64,000 nt of DNA from Verrucomicrobiota bacterium (GTDB taxonomy: Bacteria > Verrucomicrobiota > Kiritimatiellia > JAKQHR01). The DNA lies in assembly GCA_029557905.1 (NCBI GenBank), contig JAKQHR010000092.1, positions 11,228-75,227 of the forward strand, in the 5' to 3' direction. A program made the translations under genes and the position numbers. The first letter of the stretch is position 1; every line of letters starts with the position of its first letter. Shown piece by piece: positions 53,996-62,867 of the stretch. A model generated the notes under the pieces. That model saw nothing but the letters and a program-made list of their open reading frames with translations. It had not been told where the DNA came from and searched no databases.

Positions 53996-55561
53996 ATGCT
54001 TGATGTCAAAATAACCGGAGGTCTTGTTTTCGACGGAACCGGCGCGTCCGGCCGTTCCGCGGATATTGGTATCACGGGTGATGCCATTACTGAAATCGGC
54101 GACCTGTCCTCCGCTCCTGCCGGAAAGATCATTGATGCCCGTGGGAAATGCGTTTGTCCCGGATTCATTGATGTCCACTCGCATTCCGATGCGTATCTCC
54201 TGATCCAGCCGGATGCAATGAGCAAGATTTTTCAGGGGGTCACCACTGAAATCGTCGGTCAGTGCGGCGCATCGGCGTCGCCGCTGCAGGGGGAATATAA
54301 AATGCCCTCCGACTGGCGCGACAAGAAATATCCGAAGGAATGGCATACCGCCTCCGAATACCGCGCCGCGCTGCAGTCAGTTGTGCCCGCCGTGAATGTC
54401 GGATTCCTTACCGGACACAGCGCCGTCCGCGCCGGTGTGATGGGTTATGAGCCGCGTCAGGCCTCGGCCGCAGAACTTGCGGCGATGAGGCAGCTTTTGG
54501 AGAAGAGTTTGAATGAAGGTTCACGCGGTTTCAGCACCGGCCTGGTCTATCCCCCCGGAAGCTGCGCCGATCCGTCTGAAATCTGGGCGCTGGCCGGCAT
54601 AGTCGCAAAGCATAACGGCATTTATGCCTCGCATATGCGTAGCGAGAGCGCCGGACTTATCGGGGCGGTTGCGGAAACCATCGAAGTATGCCGCAGAACG
54701 GGTGTGAGTACGCAAATATCGCATCTGAAAACTGCCGGTCCGGCAAACTGGCCGAAGATTGACCGCGTTCTTGAAATTATACGGTCGGCCCGCGCTGAAG
54801 GGCTTCCGGTCATGTCCGACCGCTATCCGTACACGGCCTCTTGCACTGATCTGGACATCGTTCTGCCTGCCTGGGCTTCAACCGGCGGCCCCGATGCGGT
54901 GCTTGGTCGCATCCGCGATTCGGCGACCCGCGCAAAAATCCTGGCTGAACTGAAAAAAAGCCGCGCGGATGCCGACTGGGAACGCATCATGATTGGTTCG
55001 GTCAGCCATCCGGACCACGCGAACTTCCCCGGCCTGCGGCTGCCGGAAATTTCGGAACAGATGAAAGTTCATCCTGCGGAAGCCCTGCTGAAAATTATCG
55101 AAAAGGATGAACTCAAAACCGGCGGCATATTCTTCGGGATGAGCGAAGACAACATGTGGCGGATTCTTTCTGAGCCTTATGTCATGATCGGAAGCGATGC
55201 CTCCATCCGCGCTCCGGCGGGTCCGCTTAGCAAAGATCATCCGCATCCGCGCGCCTACGGGGCTTTCCCGCGCTTCATTCGCAAGGTAATTGATGAAAAG
55301 CGCATGCCGCTTGAAGAAGCTGTCCGCAAAATGACCAGTCTGCCCGCAGAGCATTTCAAACTGAAGGGCAGGGGCCGGCTGGCCAAGGGCTTCAATGCCG
55401 ATATTACGGTGTTTGATCCGGAGAAAATCGCCGACAAGGCCACCTTTGCCAAACCCCATCAGCTTGCGGCGGGGATGAGTGCGGTTCTTGTTGGCGGATG
55501 CGTGACACTTCTTGACGGAAAACTAAGCGGTCAGCGTTCAGGTTCTGTATTGGCCGGATAG
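53996..55561 (+). CDS. N-acyl-D-amino-acid deacylase (D-aminoacylase) family amidohydrolase
   Basis: ITGGLVFDGTG...CPGFIDVHSHSD metal-binding HxH, central TIM barrel, C-terminal beta-sandwich. Confidence 0.8.
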   Translation: MLDVKITGGLVFDGTGASGRSADIGITGDAITEIGDLSSAPAGKIIDARGKCVCPGFIDVHSHSDAYLLIQPDAMSKIFQGVTTEIVGQCGASASPLQGEYKMPSDWRDKKYPKEWHTASEYRAALQSVVPAVNVGFLTGHSAVRAGVMGYEPRQASAAELAAMRQLLEKSLNEGSRGFSTGLVYPPGSCADPSEIWALAGIVAKHNGIYASHMRSESAGLIGAVAETIEVCRRTGVSTQISHLKTAGPANWPKIDRVLEIIRSARAEGLPVMSDRYPYTASCTDLDIVLPAWASTGGPDAVLGRIRDSATRAKILAELKKSRADADWERIMIGSVSHPDHANFPGLRLPEISEQMKVHPAEALLKIIEKDELKTGGIFFGMSEDNMWRILSEPYVMIGSDASIRAPAGPLSKDHPHPRAYGAFPRFIRKVIDEKRMPLEEAVRKMTSLPAEHFKLKGRGRLAKGFNADITVFDPEKIADKATFAKPHQLAAGMSAVLVGGCVTLLDGKLSGQRSGSVLAG

Positions 55562-55935
55562 CATCCTTTGCATGGGATCACATGCCGCACGCCGCCGCGC
55601 GGATTTTCAACATCGTTTTTGCGTCGCGGGATCAGGTGCACATGCGCATGGAAAATGGTCTGGCCCGCCGCTTTGCCGTCGTTGATGCCCAAATTGAATC
55701 CGTCAATGGTCTTGTCTTGTTCCAGCAGTCGGGCGGAAAGTTTCTTTGCCAGCTTATGAACCGAGAGCCACTCATCTTCCGTCAGTTCGCGAAATGAGGC
55801 GATATGCCGTTCGGGGATAATGAGAATGTGGCCCTCGGAAACGGGGAATCCGTCGTAAACCGCATAGCAGCTTCCTTCGCGCGCAATTACGCGCGCGGAA
55901 TCCATCTCACAAAAAATGCAGGAACGGTTCTTCAT
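55531..55935 (-). CDS. HIT-family (histidine triad) nucleotide hydrolase
   Basis: HILIIPERH...FHAHVHLIPR histidine triad; its 3' end overlaps the convergent aminoacylase gene by 31 bp. Confidence 0.85.
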   Translation of the reverse strand: MKNRSCIFCEMDSARVIAREGSCYAVYDGFPVSEGHILIIPERHIASFRELTEDEWLSVHKLAKKLSARLLEQDKTIDGFNLGINDGKAAGQTIFHAHVHLIPRRKNDVENPRGGVRHVIPCKGCYPANTEPER

Positions 55936-55949
55936 ATCAGAAAGAAAAA

Positions 55950-56025
<76 letters not shown>

Positions 56026-56263
56026 ACCAGATTCTTGGTTTCCAGCAGTCTCGGCATAGTACGTATTCAGGCCGCTTTGTCAATACCATGCGCATTTCCT
56101 GTTGGGTTTTTCTGTTGTGCCGCGGGCGGCGTTCACCCGCGTCTTGACGCGTTCGGTTCTGCTCCCGCGAAAAAGTGAAGAGTTGACATTATTTCTGCAT
56201 GTTTCCGGCCCGGGATGCTATGGTGGAGAGATTAACAGCAAAAAAACGAAAGGAAACACCAGA

Positions 56264-56403
56264 ATGGCCAAGCCGAATTATCAGTTTGAAAAGCGCAGCA
56301 GGGAGCTGGCAAAAAAGAAAAAGAAGGAAGAAAAGAGACTGCGCAAACAGGCAGAAAAGGATGCCCGGAGCACAGCGGATGCGCCGGTGTCGTCCAGCCA
56401 ATG
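56264..56403 (+). CDS. Possible small Lys/Glu-rich protein (46 aa)
   Basis: MAKPNYQFEKRSRELAKKKKKEEKRLRKQAEKDARSTADAPVSSSQ preceded by aaaggaaa. No homology recognisable; could be non-coding. Confidence 0.3.
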
Positions 56404-56614
56404 AAACGCCCCCTGGACCAACCTGAATATTCCGGCGAAAAACACTTGTGTTTTGCCTGATTTCGCGTAGGGTTTGTTCGCCCGTTAAGAGAGACAGGTC
56501 GTGAGTGGTAGGTTGGCTCTGACCCCGCAAGTTGCAGGTTGGTGTCTGATCCGAAATCCGAACAACTCGGAAACAGTCACCCAATTCTGGCTCGCGGGCA
56601 AAAGGAATAAGAAA

Positions 56615-56947
56615 ATGGGTACGAAACTGTATGTAGGAAACCTGTCATTTGAAACGACTGAAGATGACATCAGGGATCTTTTTTCGAGCTGCGGCACGGT
56701 CACGAGCTGCAACCTCATCATTGACAAGTTCACGAGCAAATCCCGCGGTTTTGCTTTTGTGGAAATGGCTTCTCAGGCCGAAGCCACAAAGGCAATTTCT
56801 GAAATGAACGGGAAGGAAGTGTCCGGCCGTGCGCTGACGGTGAATGAGGCCAGGCCGCGCGAAGAGCGTTCCGGCGGCGGTGGCGGCGGATACCGCGGCG
56901 GCAATGACCGGCGTGGCGGCGGCGGCGGACGCCGCGAGCGCTACTAA
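56615..56947 (+). CDS. RRM-type RNA-binding protein with Gly/Arg-rich C-terminus
   Basis: RNP1 RGFAFVEM and RNP2 LYVGNL; C-terminal GGGGGGYRGGNDRRGGGGGRRERY. Confidence 0.88.
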   Translation: MGTKLYVGNLSFETTEDDIRDLFSSCGTVTSCNLIIDKFTSKSRGFAFVEMASQAEATKAISEMNGKEVSGRALTVNEARPREERSGGGGGGYRGGNDRRGGGGGRRERY

Positions 56948-56997
56948 AAACTCTCCAGCGCATCGGATCATTTACTGAGCCGGGCGCGCTGACTTTG

Positions 56998-57030
56998 GGC
57001 GGCCCCCGTGAAAACGGGGGCCGCTTTTTT
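56998..57030 (+). terminator. Rho-independent terminator after the RRM gene
   Basis: ggcggcccccgtgaaaacgggggccgc followed by T6. Confidence 0.8.
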
Positions 57031-57133
57031 ATGCCGGGGTCCCGGAAGAAGGATTGCTTCTGCCGCCGGGTTGATTTAATGTGCTGACAATGCGCTGTGT
57101 GAGCGCTGAACGGCCCAACAAGGATCATAGTGT

Positions 57134-57847
57134 ATGGCGGATATTTCGGTCAGTTGTCCCTCCTGCAATCATGTCTGCAAGATATCGGAATATGTCTCTG
57201 CGGAGACCATTCCCTGCCCGGCCTGCGGAGCGCCTGTGCAGATTCCAACCACCTCTCTGCCAAGCGAGGCGTCCATCCAGAGCACGCTCCGCCTGAAGAA
57301 GAACTTCAAGGAGGGGCTGGGGGAGAAAAAGGCGGCGCCTCCTCCTCCCCGGAAAGAAATCAAACGTTCTTCCTCGATGGAGAAGATTCATCAGGTGAAG
57401 GAGAAGCCATCGGGGCCCCGCGCCATCTGGGGCGTACTGACGCTTCTGGTGCTGGGCGGGGGGATGTTCTATCTGCTCTATTCGCTGGGCGGGAATCCGG
57501 ATTATCTGAAGTATTACCTGTGGATCCGAAACGGGACCGGTTTGCTGGCGCTGGGCCTGGTTTATCTTTCCGCTTTCAGGGAAAGTCACATTCAGGGCCT
57601 GCTGACGCTGCTGATCCCGCCCTATGCCCTGTACTATGTCTATGCGCGGGCCGACTCCTATGTGCTGCGCGCGATGTTCACGGCCCTTATCATCGCGCTG
57701 GGGGCTGAATTCAAGTATATGCGCAGCGATTCGCTTCTGATCCGCTTCAACGATTCCGTGGCGGCCTTCATCCAAAGCGGTGAAGACCTGATTGATGCGG
57801 CAAACAAGGAAGTGGAAACCACAGACGCCAGCAAGAAGTTCCGCTAA
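57134..57847 (+). CDS. Membrane protein with N-terminal zinc ribbon (same CxxC...CPACG module as the two Ser/Thr kinases)
   Basis: CPSCNHVCKISEYVSAETIPCPACGAPVQIP, then a Pro-rich linker and 3-4 TM helices; no kinase domain. Confidence 0.6.
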   Translation: MADISVSCPSCNHVCKISEYVSAETIPCPACGAPVQIPTTSLPSEASIQSTLRLKKNFKEGLGEKKAAPPPPRKEIKRSSSMEKIHQVKEKPSGPRAIWGVLTLLVLGGGMFYLLYSLGGNPDYLKYYLWIRNGTGLLALGLVYLSAFRESHIQGLLTLLIPPYALYYVYARADSYVLRAMFTALIIALGAEFKYMRSDSLLIRFNDSVAAFIQSGEDLIDAANKEVETTDASKKFR

Positions 57848-57882
57848 TACGTCTTCCCGCCCCGCGGGAACCGGTCTCGAGT

Positions 57883-58485
57883 TCAGACCAGATCGATCAG
57901 GTCGCTGATGCCGCCGTCGTCGGGTTTCTTTTCCGGGGCTTTTTCGGCGGGCTTCTGTTCCGGCTCTGCTGCCGGCGCCTGCTGTCGTTCGCGCCTTGGG
58001 CGGTTCCGGTTTCGGCGGTGCCGGTCCTGTGAGGGGTTCCGGCTGTCGGAATCTCCCTGTCCGCCGTTGCCGGAAAGCGCCTTTTTGAAGGTGCTGGCCC
58101 GCAGCAGGGCTGCTCCTGCCTGGCGGACATCATCCTCCACCGACCGGTTGGATGTTACCGCAACGACCCCTTTGCGGCCATAGCGTTTCGCCAGTTTCGC
58201 TGCGAGGGCCGGCAGTTCCTGAACAGATGCCGCATAGCTCACTTGCACATTCCTGAAGGACTCGTTCTCCGGAACGGACCGCAGCGGCTCGCCAGTCAGC
58301 ATGGCGTGAACAGTGATCTTCTCTTTCTCCGCATAGCGCGAGAGCGAATGAAGAATGTCGATCTGCACCTTGGGAGGCAGGCGGTTGCTGCCGCCGCCAA
58401 TGGACATCACATCGGCCAAAAGTATTTTGGCTGCGGGAGCTGCGTTTCCGCTCCGCTTGCCGAACAACCTGTCAAAAAAGCTCAT
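57883..58485 (-). CDS. NYN/YacP-like (PIN-fold) domain protein with disordered basic Pro/Glu-rich C-tail
   Basis: KILLADVMSIGGGS...ITVHAML...VVAVTSNRSVEDD parallels the YacP/Rae1 NYN domain; C-terminal DRHRRNRNRPRRERQQAPAAEPEQKPAEKAPEKK. Confidence 0.4.
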   Translation of the reverse strand: MSFFDRLFGKRSGNAAPAAKILLADVMSIGGGSNRLPPKVQIDILHSLSRYAEKEKITVHAMLTGEPLRSVPENESFRNVQVSYAASVQELPALAAKLAKRYGRKGVVAVTSNRSVEDDVRQAGAALLRASTFKKALSGNGGQGDSDSRNPSQDRHRRNRNRPRRERQQAPAAEPEQKPAEKAPEKKPDDGGISDLIDLV

Positions 58486-58710
58486 CTGTACTCCACTTCG
58501 TTTATTCCTCTGATCTTCAGCAGGATAAGGTGCACACGTTATATCATTTCCCTTGTGTAATCAAGCGGCGGATGCCGCGTCCCCCCGATTTTTTGCCGCC
58601 CCGGATGATTATGCGTTGTATGGGCCGGGGCAAAAGGCTAAACTCTCCGGGTAAATGACACGCTCCGGCGTCTCGGCGGGGCGGTCATGAGGAGAAACAG
58701 AGGTTTTGTG

Positions 58711-60909
58711 ATGAGTGCAACAGTTACCAGTGGCGTTGTGCAGTCCGTAGTCCGGGGGCGGTGCGCACATCCGGCGGGCGTTTTGGGCATGCATCCTTTC
58801 GGTGGTCCGCCGCCAGGCGTCGTGGTGCGCTCCTTTCAGCCCTATGCGCGGGCGGTATCCGTGATTCCGGGTACCGGCGGCGATCCTCGCCCGATGACCC
58901 GGGTGCACAACGATGGTTTCTTTGAGCTGACTCTGCCCGGAGCACAGATGTTTGATTACCGGCTGCGGATGACCGGTTTTGACGGCCATACATGGGAACT
59001 GGATGATCCGTACCGCTTTCCGCCTCAAATCACCGACTTCGACCTCTATTTGTTCGGCGAGGGCACGCATTTCCGCACCTACAAGAAAATGGGCGCTCAT
59101 CCGCTGACCATTAATGGCGTGGAGGGAGTTCATTTTGCCGTTTGGGCCCCCAATGCGCGCCGTGTCAGTGTGATCGGGGTGTTCAATCGGTGGGATGGCC
59201 GGCATACCCCGATGCAGAACCGCGGGTCCAGCGGCCTCTGGGAGGTTTTTGTTCCCGCGCTCAAGCCGGGGGACATCTATAAATACGAGATTCTCGGGCC
59301 GAATGATTATCTGACCGAGCGCGCAGACCCCTATGCTTTTGCCTGCGAGCTCCGTCCCAAGACCGCGTCGGTCATCTGGGACATTGAGAAGTACCCGTGG
59401 GGGGACGGAGACTGGATGTCGCGCCGTCGCGACACCCGCTGGCATGACAAACCGATCAGCGTGTATGAGGTGCATCTGGGGTCGTGGCGCCGCAACGGCG
59501 CTCACGGTGAATACTGGCTGAGCTATCGCCAGCTGGCAGACACGCTCATTCCGTATATCAAGGACAGCGGCTACACTCACATCGAACTGCTGCCCGTTTC
59601 GGAACATCCGTTCGACGGATCATGGGGCTACCAGACCATCGGCTATTACGCCCCCACATCGCGCTTCGGGACCCCCGACGATCTCAAGCATTTCATTGAT
59701 CGCTGCCATCAGGAGGGCATTGGTGTCATTCTGGACTGGGTCCCCGCCCATTTCCCGAAAGACGGCCATGGCCTCGGATACTTTGACGGCACCCATCTCT
59801 ATGAACACTCCGACCCGCGCAAGGGCGAGCACATGGACTGGGGCACGCTCATTTTCAATTACGGACGCAACGAGGTCCGGACTTTCCTGCTGGCCAACGC
59901 CATGTTCTGGGCCGATGTCTATCATATCGACGGCATTCGCGTGGATGCCGTGGCCAGCATGCTTTATCTCGACTACTCCCGCAAGGCCGGTGAATGGATT
60001 CCCAACCAGTTTGGCGGCCGCGAAAACCTCGAGGCGGTCAGCTTCCTTAAGAAATTCAATGAACTCATCCATGGCGAATATCCGGGTTTTATCACATTTG
60101 CCGAAGAGTCCACGGCCTGGCCGATGGTCTCGCGCCCGACCTATCTGGGCGGACTGGGCTTTGACTTCAAGTGGAATATGGGCTGGATGAACGACACCCT
60201 GGAATACATTCAGAAGGAGCCGGTCCACCGTAAGTATCACCACGGGAGCCTCACATTCTCGCTTATCTATGCCTTCACGGAGAATTTTATTCTCCCGTTC
60301 TCGCACGATGAGGTGGTACACGGCAAGCGGTCCATGCTCGACAAGATGCCGGGCGATTTCTGGCAGAAATTCGCCAACCTGCGCGTGCTGTATGCCTATA
60401 TGTACGCGCACCCCGGGAAGAAACTTCTGTTCATGGGCTGCGAATTCGGTCAGTGGCTGGAATGGAACTGCAACCAGAGTCTGGACTGGCATCTGCTGCA
60501 GTTCGAGCCGCATCAGAAGCTCTTAGACTGCGTGAGGGATCTCAACCGCATTTACAGGGAAGAAAAATCCATGCACGAGGTGGATTTCACCTGGGAGGGC
60601 TTTCAGTGGATTGATCTGCATGACAGCGAGCAGAGCATCATCTCCTTCCTGCGCCGCGCCAGGGACGGCAGCGATTTTGTGGTCTGTCTGTTCAATCTGA
60701 CGCCTGTTCCCCGCTGGGGCTATCGCGTGGGCGTGCCGAAGCCGGGACTGTACCGGGAAATCTTCAACAGTGATTCTGATCTCTACGGGGGAAGCAATCT
60801 TGGCAATGCGGGGGAAGTGCCGTCCGACCCGATCCCCTGGCAGGGCCAGCCGCATTCACTGCTGCTGACGCTTCCGCCTCTCGGTGCGCTTTATCTCAAG
60901 CCTTCCTGA
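58711..60909 (+). CDS. glgB: 1,4-alpha-glucan branching enzyme
   Basis: CBM48 N-domain, GH13 catalytic core (DWVPAHF, GIRVDAV, EESTAWP, FSHDEV); ~733 aa. Confidence 0.93.
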   Translation: MSATVTSGVVQSVVRGRCAHPAGVLGMHPFGGPPPGVVVRSFQPYARAVSVIPGTGGDPRPMTRVHNDGFFELTLPGAQMFDYRLRMTGFDGHTWELDDPYRFPPQITDFDLYLFGEGTHFRTYKKMGAHPLTINGVEGVHFAVWAPNARRVSVIGVFNRWDGRHTPMQNRGSSGLWEVFVPALKPGDIYKYEILGPNDYLTERADPYAFACELRPKTASVIWDIEKYPWGDGDWMSRRRDTRWHDKPISVYEVHLGSWRRNGAHGEYWLSYRQLADTLIPYIKDSGYTHIELLPVSEHPFDGSWGYQTIGYYAPTSRFGTPDDLKHFIDRCHQEGIGVILDWVPAHFPKDGHGLGYFDGTHLYEHSDPRKGEHMDWGTLIFNYGRNEVRTFLLANAMFWADVYHIDGIRVDAVASMLYLDYSRKAGEWIPNQFGGRENLEAVSFLKKFNELIHGEYPGFITFAEESTAWPMVSRPTYLGGLGFDFKWNMGWMNDTLEYIQKEPVHRKYHHGSLTFSLIYAFTENFILPFSHDEVVHGKRSMLDKMPGDFWQKFANLRVLYAYMYAHPGKKLLFMGCEFGQWLEWNCNQSLDWHLLQFEPHQKLLDCVRDLNRIYREEKSMHEVDFTWEGFQWIDLHDSEQSIISFLRRARDGSDFVVCLFNLTPVPRWGYRVGVPKPGLYREIFNSDSDLYGGSNLGNAGEVPSDPIPWQGQPHSLLLTLPPLGALYLKPS

Positions 60910-60936
60910 AAAAACCGGGCCCGCGCGCATCCGGCA

Positions 60937-61722
60937 TCAGAACTGATAAGCCACGCCGGCGCCAAAGGCCAGATGGGAGAGGGGAATTGAGCTGTTCCCG
61001 TGATCATTGATCCGCTGTCCGTCCCGGGAATAGTGGTGGCTTACCGCATTCACGTCCAGATAGCGCATGTTCAAATCCACGGCCCAGTGCTCCCGGCATT
61101 TCCAGAGCAGGCCCAGGCCCGCCGCAAGGCAGACTGCGTCTTCCTCTTCCGTGTCCATGTAGCGCGTATGGCCGTGATAGGGCTGTTTGTTGCCCCGGGC
61201 GTAGGTGCCCGATGTCGGATAGCCCATATGCCACCAGTCTTCCATTTCGAAATCCACGGTCGGGAAATGCGCGCCTGCCTCCGCATAAGGCACGAGACCC
61301 CGGCTCAAAGGCATCCGGCCCACGAGAAGCAGCGACGGGCCGCTGGACGTGAACACCCCGTCCACATCCCCCTGGTCATGCGTGACCGCCTCGGCCTCCA
61401 TCTGCTCCCACTGGCAGGCAACGCCCCAGTGTTCATTCAGGAAATATCGGACCGAAAGGTTGTATGGCAGAAGGGTCTGCACTTCGTCAAAATGGTCAAT
61501 TGTGCCCACAAAGCCTTCCCCGGCGGCGTCGTCCCACTTGTCTGAATCCAGCAGCCTCACGGCGGAGAAATGCAGCCCCAGTTCCAGATGTCCCTGGATT
61601 TTGTCCGCATAGAAACCTTTTGCGTCTTCAAGCGGAATACTCAGATCCGCCTCGCCGCCCTCTGCCGCTGATCCCGTCAGTGCCGCTGCAACCAGAACCA
61701 CTCCAGCAAAACGAATATTCAT
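60937..61722 (-). CDS. Outer-membrane beta-barrel protein (OmpA/OmpW-like small porin)
   Basis: Signal peptide MNIRFAGVVLVAAALTGSAA, alternating amphipathic strands, C-terminal AFGAGVAYQF with terminal Phe. Confidence 0.6.
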   Translation of the reverse strand: MNIRFAGVVLVAAALTGSAAEGGEADLSIPLEDAKGFYADKIQGHLELGLHFSAVRLLDSDKWDDAAGEGFVGTIDHFDEVQTLLPYNLSVRYFLNEHWGVACQWEQMEAEAVTHDQGDVDGVFTSSGPSLLLVGRMPLSRGLVPYAEAGAHFPTVDFEMEDWWHMGYPTSGTYARGNKQPYHGHTRYMDTEEEDAVCLAAGLGLLWKCREHWAVDLNMRYLDVNAVSHHYSRDGQRINDHGNSSIPLSHLAFGAGVAYQF

Positions 61723-61810
61723 CGAAAACCTCCTCACGTTTTGAAGATATGCTTTAATATTGAATTCGGGTCTGCAAATCAAGTCGAGAATGGTTGTCGC
61801 GAGGGGGAAG

Positions 61811-61896
61811 TGGTGGTGGGGGATGGATTCGAACCATCGAACTCATGAGAGAACAGATTTACAGTCTGCCGCGTTTAGCCACTTCGCTACCCCACC
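61811..61896 (-). tRNA. tRNA-Tyr (anticodon GTA), long variable arm, CCA encoded
   Basis: Reverse complement GGTGGGGTAGCGAAGTGGCTAAACGCGGCAGACTGTAAATCTGTTCTCTCATGAGTTCGATGGTTCGAATCCATCCCCCACCACCA aligns with E. coli tRNA-Tyr. Confidence 0.85.
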
Positions 61897-62006
61897 GCAA
61901 CGGTTGAAAGAATCTACTGATTTTCTCCGGTTTGTCCACCCCCTATTTCTCGCGATCTGCTCAACCTGCTCTTTACTTCGGGGCGGGACATCTTCATCAT
62001 GCCGGC

Positions 62007-62867
62007 ATGAGAATTATTCACTTCAGCGATCTGCATGTCTGGAGGCCCGGGCTGGAGACGGGTGATCTCTGGTATCCGAAGCGGATGCTGGGCTATGTGA
62101 ATCTCGCGCTGCGCCGGAAGTTCAAATATCCCCCCGGACTGGGACGTGCCGTTGTGGATGAAATCGCCCGCTCCGATGCCGATGCCGTCGTTTTCACCGG
62201 GGACATGACCACCGCTTCACTGCTCGGCGAGTTTGAGGATGCCGCGGATCTCTTTTCTCCGCTGCTTGAAAAATGGGAAGATCGCTTTGTGGTTCTGCCC
62301 GGCAATCATGACCGCTATACCCCATACACGATCTCGCGGAAATTCTATGAATGCCTTTTTGCGGACCGGGGGCCCGTGACCCGAACGGATGTCGGCGGCC
62401 ACTGGAGCATTGTGTCGTTCGATGCGTCCCGCCCGTACATGGTCCGTTCGAACGGTATGATATCCCTCGCGCTGGCCGCGCATCTGGCGCAGATTCTTCG
62501 CGAAGTCGCCGATGCCGGACGGACATGCGTGCTGGCCGGACACTTCCCGTATGACCATCCCCGCGGATGCCGCGAGGGACTGCAGCACCGCCTGCTCGGC
62601 GCCCGGCGGCTGATCGAGGTGATCAATGAGTTCAAGCCCCCTGTTTATCTTCACGGCCACAAGCATGTCCGCTGGGTTTTCCAGTCGCCGAAAACGCCGG
62701 ACACCGTCTGTATCAACAGCGGATCGGCGGGTCTGAAATCGGAAGATCCCCTGAAGCGCGCAGGATTCGTGACGATTGATCTCGATGACAAAGGCGCCCT
62801 GCAGGGGGTTCTTGCCTGCTCGGCCCGCCGGGACGAAGAGAAATTCGAAACCGTCGCTCTCTGTTAA
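62007..62867 (+). CDS. Calcineurin-like metallophosphoesterase
   Basis: MRIIHFSDLHV (DxH), VFTGDMT (GD), LPGNHD (GNH) and YLHGHKH motifs. Confidence 0.8.
   Translation: MRIIHFSDLHVWRPGLETGDLWYPKRMLGYVNLALRRKFKYPPGLGRAVVDEIARSDADAVVFTGDMTTASLLGEFEDAADLFSPLLEKWEDRFVVLPGNHDRYTPYTISRKFYECLFADRGPVTRTDVGGHWSIVSFDASRPYMVRSNGMISLALAAHLAQILREVADAGRTCVLAGHFPYDHPRGCREGLQHRLLGARRLIEVINEFKPPVYLHGHKHVRWVFQSPKTPDTVCINSGSAGLKSEDPLKRAGFVTIDLDDKGALQGVLACSARRDEEKFETVALC

Noticed and set aside
56144-56223. Sigma70 promoter for the small ORF/rbp (TTGACA at 56183, TTGACG at 56144)
   Set aside because: No acceptable -10 hexamer lies at 16-19 bp spacing from either -35-like hexamer, so no promoter call is made.
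60910-60936. Possible terminator after glgB (ccgggcccgcgcgcatccgg)
   Set aside because: The stem is short and irregular with no T-tract, so it is not convincing as an intrinsic terminator.
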